From: Neovahlkampfia damariscottae
Lineage: Eukaryota
Length of the DNA stretch: 64,000 bases
Assembly: GCA_016618085.1 (NCBI GenBank)
Contig: JABLTG010000021.1
Coordinates: 62,001-126,000 of the forward strand
Direction: 5' to 3'
The notes under the pieces were generated by a model. That model was given only the letters and a program-made list of their open reading frames with translations. It was not told the DNA's origin and did no database searches. Of the stretch, positions 59,867 to 64,000 are shown piece after piece. The position numbers were made by a program, and so were the translations under genes. Every line of letters begins with the position of its first letter. Positions within the stretch are counted from its first letter, which is position 1.

Positions 59867-61621
59867 TTATTTTTTTGGTTTATCAGCTACCCAAACACCT
59901 GCATTTGCCAAATTCAAGCACATATTTGCACATTGAAATTTAAAAGCAACACTTAAACCAATTCCAAAAGAATCTAAAACAGGGAAGAAATGATGAGGAT
60001 GAGCATATTCTTCAACAACATCCATCACTGTTAAGAAAAATGTGTCAAAAAAAAAGAAATCTTACATGCAAATACAATGTTATAAAGAGCAAAAAACCAA
60101 AGTGATAATATCCAAAATGCACTTGATGAAGTTATAACTGCTGATTTTCTTGAATGAAACCAGAGCAAGAAAATGATTTCAACAATTCCTTCTGCAGCTC
60201 CAGTTCCTGTGATTGCTGCGTTGATATATAGTTTATGATATAATTGATAAACAGTAATAATTGAATAATAGACCAAAAAAATTAAACCATAACATGCTAA
60301 ACGAATATAAAACTTCCACATAGTTTGTGAATCTGTTTTATCAATAACATGTTTTAGCGTTTTCCAAGATGATAAACCTGCAAATAAGAACCCAAACCCA
60401 ACAAATATATGAATAAAAATATCAAAAGCAGCAACTGATTGAACAATTAATGATCTCAAAGATGGTGCCATTTCATCAAGTGCAAAATATTTAATAATCT
60501 TTAAACAGGTATAACCACCTAAAATAACGTAACTTAAAGCTTTTCCTATCCCTGCAAAACCACCTCTCATACTATGTCTTCCGTTGGTCAATGAAATAAT
60601 TTCATTTGAAAATGAACCCAAATTCAAAAAATAAGCAGCAGGTTTTTCATAATAAACTTCGTTTTCCAATGAACTTCCATATGAAAAATGAGCAAAATAA
60701 ATGAAACTATCCAAACGAAAATGAAGAGCAGCAGCTATAAAAAAAAAAAAAATTTAACACTTTCTTTTTTCACTTACCAAGAGTAATTGTACTGATAGGA
60801 TTTTCATGTAAAGAATTGAAATCTATGGCACATTCTTTTATGAAAGTTAAAAACTTAATATGACAAAACTTACCAATCATAAAAATGAAAATGTTATAAA
60901 AAGCCATTAAAATGGAGGTAACTTCAAATAATAACAATTTTTTTGAATGTCCTTTGACTAAATAGTGATTTTCAAAATGACTGATAAAAGCACATTGAAA
61001 ACTAAAAAAAATAAAAAAAAAAATAACTCAAACCTAACTGAAAAAACTCTGGAAAATGCTAAAATTGTACTTGATGTTTGATCTTGTCTAATGAATACTA
61101 AACCATTAATTGAGTTATCTAAAGCTGTCAAGAACCCAAAAATCACTTAAATAATAAGTTATTTCAACAAAAAACTTACTAAATAAAATAGTTTCAAAAT
61201 ATTCAACTTCTTCATGTTTTCTTTTTAAATTTCCAATACAAAGAGCCCATACAATAGCCAAAGCAAGTACAATAAAAAAATCTAACATGATTAAAAAAAC
61301 AGGAATCGATTGAATTTTATAAATGTTTTGGTTGATAGCAACAACAGAGTAAAGAATTGGTAAAAATGTAATCATGAAAAAAAAACTGAAAACTAATGAA
61401 AACCAAAGTTTTCCATATGTACATCCGAAAATTCTTGAAGTTTCATCGTCTATACTTTAATTTTTTTTTTTTTTTTTACTTATTGGGTGATGGTGGTCGG
61501 TTATAAATTTAGAAGGAGACCTTGTTCGTATGCTTTCTTCATGTTCAAATTCGGTTATATGAGAAATTGTTGTCATTTGTGATAAATCATCTTCAACTTC
61601 AATTGTTTCGTCTACTTTCAT
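59867..61621 (-). CDS. Multi-exon polytopic membrane protein of unknown function
   Basis: Series of hydrophobic exons separated by GT-AG mini-introns. Confidence 0.6.
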
Positions 61622-62130
61622 TGTAGTCAAATGATTGGCGGAACAGAACCAGAGAAATTTTTTAAAATGAACCATCTGAGCTTAAACTATTTTGAAGTAA
61701 GTATGATGAGAGTTTAGAGTAAATTTAATACAGAGAAATGATAATTTGAAGTGAAAAATTGGCTCAAGGAGAATTTTTGTTTTCTATCGCAATTTTTTCG
61801 TATTTTCCACTCAAAATACTTTGAAATAGCTTGAAACTGAAGTTTCAGAATATAATTTACTTCTTTTGTCACATCAGAATTAATATCTCGAAAACGGTAT
61901 TCTGACGGACCAAATTAAGCAACAATTTCCAAAAGTGGAGCTCGAGAAAAAAATGGGTGAAAAAACGATTTCGGTTTCATTGTGAAGCCAAAGAGAAAAT
62001 TTACCGGATAGCACTGCAAAATTAAACTTTGACCTTGTTCTACTTTGAAATCAAATTCAACACTCTAATTGGCCAAAACGCTTAAAAACAATTTTCATTC
62101 GTTAACTCCAATAAACCGCAAAGCACAACG

Positions 62131-62760
62131 ATGGACGAGTACAGTGACTTGTATGGCGATTATTTTGAAGACAGCAATCCAAGTTTTCAACTGTTCAACG
62201 ACTCAACAGAGCTTGAGGGAAAAGAAGAAGTACTCCCAAAGTTCAACCCTTCTTTAAATGGAACTGTTGAACATGAGTTGAACTTCGTAATCGAAGAACC
62301 TTATAATTATAAACCATATGTAAAGAATTCAGAAAAACAAAAAAACAAACAAAAAAAAGAAACAAGGTTCATTGACTTAACTCCGGATAACAAACTCAAG
62401 AAACCTCGTTCTATGGAACAAAAAAGGACAATGAAACGTTCTTCAACACAAAAAACCATACCTTATAACTTAAATTATGATATCAAAGAATTCACCTCAA
62501 ATAGTCAAAACCATCAAGTTGTAAATCAAGTGGGCACTGCAACTGTTTCTTATAATAGAGGTAAAAAAAAAGAAAAAGAAAAATTTTATTTTTTTAAATA
62601 AATAGGTCCCTGGTCACCTGATGAAATCAACAGATTTGAAGAAGGGTACAAAACACTTGGTCATCGTTGGAAAAAAATATCAGTTCACTTTGTTAAAACT
62701 AGAAATGTAATTCAAGTAAGTTGTTTTGGCCAAAAATATGTAAGCCGTATCGAACATTAA
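62131..62760 (+). CDS. Single-repeat Myb/SANT transcription factor, 2 exons
   Basis: After the intron at about 62561-62605: GPWSPDEINRFEEGYKTLGHRWKKIS..VKTRNVIQVSCFGQKY. Confidence 0.85.
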
Positions 62761-63000
62761 ATTAAATAAACTGTACTTTCTTGATAGTGACACTTTTTCT
62801 TTGCAATTTCCTTTTTGAAAAGTGACAACCGAAAAAGTAAAAATTCAAACTAGAAAATATCTTCAAATCACTGATTGAGAGCTATTACCTGAATTGTATC
62901 ACAAAAAAAAAGTTTTATATTTTTTTTTTTGATTCCTGTTCATTTTTTTATTTTAAAAAAAAACAACCAATCATCGTCAATTTTCCTTTTTCACTCAAAA

Positions 63001-63513
63001 ATGTTTAACAAAACAAAAAAACTTCTGGAACAACGTGTAACTGATCTCGGTCCAAAAATCAATTCATCACCACGTATTGTTCAAGATATGCCACCACCAG
63101 GAGGATTTCCACCTGTAAGAATGAGAAGAACTTTAATGACAAAATTTTGGTCACCATATACAATTACTTTGGTAGGAATTGGAATTATGACATATGGGTG
63201 GTATAAATATATCAAATTTACAAGAGTAAAAAGAAACCTCAGAGAAGAACAAAATATTTTGGAAGCAACAATTACTCCTTTTCTTCAAGCTGAAAATGAT
63301 TTAAAGTAAAAAAAAAAAAAAAAAAATTAAACGAATAGTTTTGTTGTACAAGAAAAAGCTTTTAAAAAAGTAGTTGGTGAACTCATGAAAGATGAACCTA
63401 ATTTTGATCCAGAACAAGTTTTCAAAAATAACAACCATAGATATCTTTATCCAATTCAATCTTTAAATTTGGATCAATTTAAAGACTGTGGTGTTTTAGA
63501 ATCTGAAAAATAA
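63001..63513 (+). CDS. NDUFA13: Complex I subunit NDUFA13/GRIM-19, 2 exons
   Basis: QDMPPPGGF, TM helix, ITPFLQAEND. Confidence 0.92.
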
Positions 63514-63556
63514 AACAAAAAAATTTTTTTTACAAAATTTTTTATTTTTTTTTTTT

Positions 63557-64000
63557 TTAAATGACTTCAGCGTTGTCAAAATCATTCATACCTTTATAAA
63601 TTTCAAGATCAACACCTTTATCAATTTCGTTTTTTGGTTTTGGATTTGTATATTTTTTCTTTCTATAAAGTTTATAACCATACATTCCAACTATTGAAAC
63701 AACAATTTCGAAAACTGCAAGAAAGATAAAAATAATCCACATTAGATCAGAAGATGCCAGAATACCAATACCTTTTTATAATATTAAATTACGAAAAAAA
63801 AAAAACTTACAACCAGCATTTCTTATTTCTTTGAATCCATCTGCGATATAAGTACAATTTGTTAACACATCAAAATCATTTGAAATAACTATAAATTCTT
63901 CACAGTTACCTATTAAACCAATGATTGCGTTTCTGTTGTTTGTTGTCATTCTATTGAGAGCAATATCGTTTCTAGCTAATGACACATTAGCAGCAACATA
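63557..64000 (-). CDS. 3' end of a membrane protein, partial
   Basis: Cys-containing loop, an intron, then a TM helix and cytosolic tail. Confidence 0.5.

Noticed and set aside
61700..61845. Possible C/D snoRNA (ATGATGA...CTGA) or U6-like ACAGAGA
   Set aside because: The boxes are far apart, there is no terminal stem, and the U6 consensus does not continue
1..64000. Alternative genetic code, U12 (AT-AC) introns or polyadenylation-created stops
   Set aside because: The ORF breaks checked resolve as GT-AG mini-introns (except about 17035) and the genes have genomic stop codons
1..64000. CRISPR array, transposon, tRNA/rRNA or prokaryotic operon/defence system
   Set aside because: No repeat-spacer periodicity, transposase or RT motifs, or GC-rich structural RNA seen; the gene content is intron-containing and eukaryotic

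Overview
Very AT-rich, extremely compact eukaryotic (protist-like) nuclear DNA, standard genetic code, with about 50 protein-coding genes on both strands. Genes are split by tiny GT-AG introns (about 27-45 nt; several end in an A-tract instead of a polypyrimidine tract). Intergenic gaps are often under 100 nt and convergent genes abut or overlap at their stop codons. Recognisable conserved genes: GCH1, ICMT, AATF, GTF2H4/TFB2, DDRGK1, SMC2, atypical E2F, WDR48, PDRG1, ANAPC10, NDUFA13, an NADPH oxidase, a subtilisin and three Myb/SANT factors. Most notable: a NOX with an SH3 domain inserted in its NADPH-binding domain; an RNA ligase-polynucleotide kinase fusion; a tandem array of four small unknown proteins with RxxSEP and C-terminal LIR-like motifs; an ANK-LRR-pseudophosphatase-RGS protein; a shared C-terminal D/N-x-x-F-x-F tail on unrelated proteins; CCAAT boxes beside nearly every start codon; and AATAAA built into many stop codons. 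No rRNA, tRNA, CRISPR array or transposon was recognised. All calls come from manual motif reading and manual splicing, not database searches. Organism identity cannot be fixed from this window.
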